The notes under the pieces are model-generated. The model was not told where the DNA came from, searched no databases, and saw nothing but the letters and a program-made list of their open reading frames with translations. A program made the position numbers and the translations under genes. A stretch of DNA of 29,230 nucleotides, from positions 1 to 29,230 of the forward strand of contig JBDRRF010000090.1 in NCBI GenBank assembly GCA_043825875.1, read 5' to 3'. Of this stretch, positions 26,696 through 29,230 are shown piece by piece; position 1 is the stretch's first letter, and each line of letters begins with the position of its first letter. This DNA is from Pseudomonadota bacterium (GTDB lineage Bacteria > Desulfobacterota > Desulfobacteria > Desulfobacterales > RPRI01).

Positions 26696-28312
26696 ATGGC
26701 ATTTCAAAGCATAGCAGATCTAATTGAATGGAAAAGTCTGAAAAAACATGCCGCTGCAATAAACAATAAAAAAAATCATCTGAAATATCTTATAAATGAA
26801 AAAGGCCGGATAGATAATTATTGTTTAAACGGTGCCGGTATTTTTTATGATTTCTCAAGGCAAAGAGTTGATAAAGAAGCAATGAAGCTTCTTTTTAATC
26901 TGGCCCGTGCAAGGAAAATAAAAAAACAATTTGCAGATATGACCATCGGGAAAAAGATTAACACTACTGAAAAGAGAGCAGCACTTCACACTGCAACAAG
27001 ATCTTTTTCAGGCTTGCCGTTAATGTTGGACGGAAAAGATATAATGCCGGAAATGCTTGCGGTAAATAAAAAGATAAAAGATTTCTCACAAAAGATTCAT
27101 TCCGGCAAAATCAAAGGCCAAACAGGTAAAGCATTCGAGCATCTGGTAGTAATAGGAATAGGGGGCTCGTATCTTGGGACCGAATTTGTATCCACAGCTT
27201 TAAAGCATCTTGCAAAAGATAAGATCAAAATTTATTTTCTTGCAAATGTTGATATCCATAATTTCGGAGAAATAGTTGCATCTATAGATCCTGAAAAAAC
27301 TCTCTGGATTGTGGTTTCAAAAACCTACACAACTGCCGAGACAACTGCAAACACAAATCAGGCCTATGAATTCATGAAACAAAAGGGCCTTGATCCTTCA
27401 AAGCATTTTGTTACGGTAACAAGCAAGGGAAGTCCAGGAGATGATCCTGAATCAAATCCGGTGCTGGCATCATTTCACATGTTTGATTTTATAGGCGGAA
27501 GATACAGCGTTACTTCGGCTGTAGGCGGTGTTCCTTTAAGTCTTTATCTGGGATATGATGTTTTTGAGCGGTTTTTAAAAGGTGCCGAAGAGATGGACCT
27601 GCATGCAAAAGAAGCTCCGCCAGGTAAAAATCTGCCTCTAACAGCAGCGCTGATATCAGTATGGAATAACAATTTTCTTAACTATCCGGCGCAGGCAATA
27701 ATCCCCTATGCTTCTCCTTTGGCAAAGCTTGCTCCTCATATTCAGCAGCTCAATATGGAAAGCAATGGAAAATCTGTTACAAAAGAAGGGAAAAATCTTT
27801 CTGTGCCAACAGGAACCATTATATTCGGTGAACCCGGCACCAATGCCCAGCATTCGTTTTTCCAGCTTGCACACCAGGGACGCCCCTTTCCCATAGATTT
27901 CATAGGCGTAATAAATCCCTGTTATGAGAAGTACAAAAATAAATCAAAAGGAGTTACAAACCACCAGGAACTTTGGGCCAATTTAATAGCTCAACCCGCA
28001 GCACTTGCCACAGGCAAAGACGATAAAGATCCGGCAAAATGCTTTTCCGGAAACAGGCCATCATCTACTATACTTTTAGATGATCTAACCCCTGAAAATG
28101 TCGGCCGTCTTCTTTCCTTCTATGAAGCAAAAACAGTATATGAAGCATTTATATGGGGCATAAACCCGTTTGATCAGTTCGGGGTTGAGCTTGGAAAAAA
28201 TTTGGCATCAGGAATCAGAAATCAAATGGCGGAAAAAAACACAAACCCGAAATATGCTTTCGATGATGCCGATCCGATTACAAAATTTTATTTGGAGAAG
28301 CTGATTTCATAA
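26696..28312 (+). CDS. pgi: Glucose-6-phosphate isomerase
   Basis: IGIGGSYLG, IGGRYSVTS, QQLNMESNGK, GEPGTNAQHSFFQ, FDQFGVELGK. Confidence 0.95.
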   Translation: MAFQSIADLIEWKSLKKHAAAINNKKNHLKYLINEKGRIDNYCLNGAGIFYDFSRQRVDKEAMKLLFNLARARKIKKQFADMTIGKKINTTEKRAALHTATRSFSGLPLMLDGKDIMPEMLAVNKKIKDFSQKIHSGKIKGQTGKAFEHLVVIGIGGSYLGTEFVSTALKHLAKDKIKIYFLANVDIHNFGEIVASIDPEKTLWIVVSKTYTTAETTANTNQAYEFMKQKGLDPSKHFVTVTSKGSPGDDPESNPVLASFHMFDFIGGRYSVTSAVGGVPLSLYLGYDVFERFLKGAEEMDLHAKEAPPGKNLPLTAALISVWNNNFLNYPAQAIIPYASPLAKLAPHIQQLNMESNGKSVTKEGKNLSVPTGTIIFGEPGTNAQHSFFQLAHQGRPFPIDFIGVINPCYEKYKNKSKGVTNHQELWANLIAQPAALATGKDDKDPAKCFSGNRPSSTILLDDLTPENVGRLLSFYEAKTVYEAFIWGINPFDQFGVELGKNLASGIRNQMAEKNTNPKYAFDDADPITKFYLEKLIS

Positions 28313-28569
28313 GTTTACGGGTATAAAAATTGTTTTCATTTATAGGCTTTTGAATTATCCGACATTCTGATACCAGAATACGTTTTACTGGAACTGACAC
28401 CAATGATGTAAATGGCACCCATGGCACTGTTGCTAAAACAATACTATACTTCATTTCACCTACTACTGTTCGGTGATGGGTAGTTGCCAGAATTGAGGAT
28501 TATCGTTTGAAATCAACATCCTTCAAGCTGAAATCTTTAACAGGTATATGCGATTTGTATCGCATCTTT

Positions 28570-29229
28570 TCAGGTCTTATTATATAGCCGGTATCGATTC
28601 CGTCCCTCTTGCTTTGCCTGATACATGGCACTGTCGGCGGTTTTCAGAATGGTGTCGATATCAGCGCCATGGTCGGGGTAGATAGAAATCCCTATACTGG
28701 TGGTAATGGTTATTGTTTGTCCTTCAAGGGTAATGGAGTCCCGTAAACCATCCATAATTTTCTGGGCAACCTGCAGGGCAGACAGAGCATCTTTTTGTTC
28801 AGGAAGTAAGAGAACAAATTCATCTCCACCTAAGCGTGCAACGGTGTCTACTTGCCGGAGGATACTCGTCAATTTTTCCGCAACAGATTTCAGAAGCAGA
28901 TCTCCAATATGGTGACCGAATGTATCATTGATCTCTTTGAATTTATCAAGGTCGAGCATCATAAAGGCAACCTTGTTCCGGTTTCTATCGGCCTGGTGTA
29001 TAGCCACGGCCGAACGGTCTAAGAGTAGCATTCTGTTCGGCAGACCTGTCAGAGGTTCATGGTAGGCGATATGCTTGATTTTCCGTTCCATTTCCTTACG
29101 CTCAGTTATATCCTCGATGGCGAGAAGGATGACCCGTTCCTTGCCCAGCACTCTTTGAATCTGCCGGGCATTCAAAAGCATTGTGCGCCTGCCGATTGTG
29201 GCAAAGTCGTGTTCGACCTCGTAGTTGTC
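28570..29229 (-). CDS. PAS-GGDEF diguanylate cyclase, 3' part (5' end lies outside the window)
   Basis: Frame open to the window edge; PAC-like LLAIEDITERK; LTGLPNR, FKEINDTFGH, RQVD I-site, RLGGDEF. Confidence 0.9.
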   Translation of the reverse strand, partial: DNYEVEHDFATIGRRTMLLNARQIQRVLGKERVILLAIEDITERKEMERKIKHIAYHEPLTGLPNRMLLLDRSAVAIHQADRNRNKVAFMMLDLDKFKEINDTFGHHIGDLLLKSVAEKLTSILRQVDTVARLGGDEFVLLLPEQKDALSALQVAQKIMDGLRDSITLEGQTITITTSIGISIYPDHGADIDTILKTADSAMYQAKQEGRNRYRLYNKT

Positions 29230-29230
29230 G

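Noticed and set aside
28313..28569. Short minus-strand ORF (MKYSIVLATV...) and a 7-bp hairpin at 28548-28565
   Set aside because: Under 60 aa, runs into the pgi 3' end and has no motif; the hairpin is too weak to call.

Overview
AT-rich bacterial chromosome segment, probably from a Desulfobacterales-like deltaproteobacterium (inferred from gene content and repeat families). Gene order: dmeF-type CDF metal exporter; a conserved hypothetical; a complete Pho/Pst locus (phoB-phoR-pstSCAB-phoU); a GC-richer minus-strand Type III-like restriction-modification cassette (mod-dinD-res); a Pho-box-preceded outer-membrane porin; ppiD; a small Zn-ribbon membrane protein; a UvrD/PcrA helicase; a Lys/Ala-rich histone-like protein; an MlaEFD/PqiC-type ABC operon; pgi; and a partial PAS-GGDEF gene. 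The most striking feature is a ~420-bp cassette inserted in frame in the Mod methyltransferase. It encodes a DUF559/Vsr-like endonuclease, is bracketed by inverted copies of a ~28-bp C/G-run palindrome, and has no intein motifs. It is a candidate novel selfish element. Also notable: the RM cassette splits the Pho regulon locus; there are two near-identical 142-bp hairpin MITEs (one with a 5-bp TSD) plus a matching orphan IS end; and two other intergenic inverted-repeat elements are present. All family assignments come from motif recognition by eye; no database searches were run.
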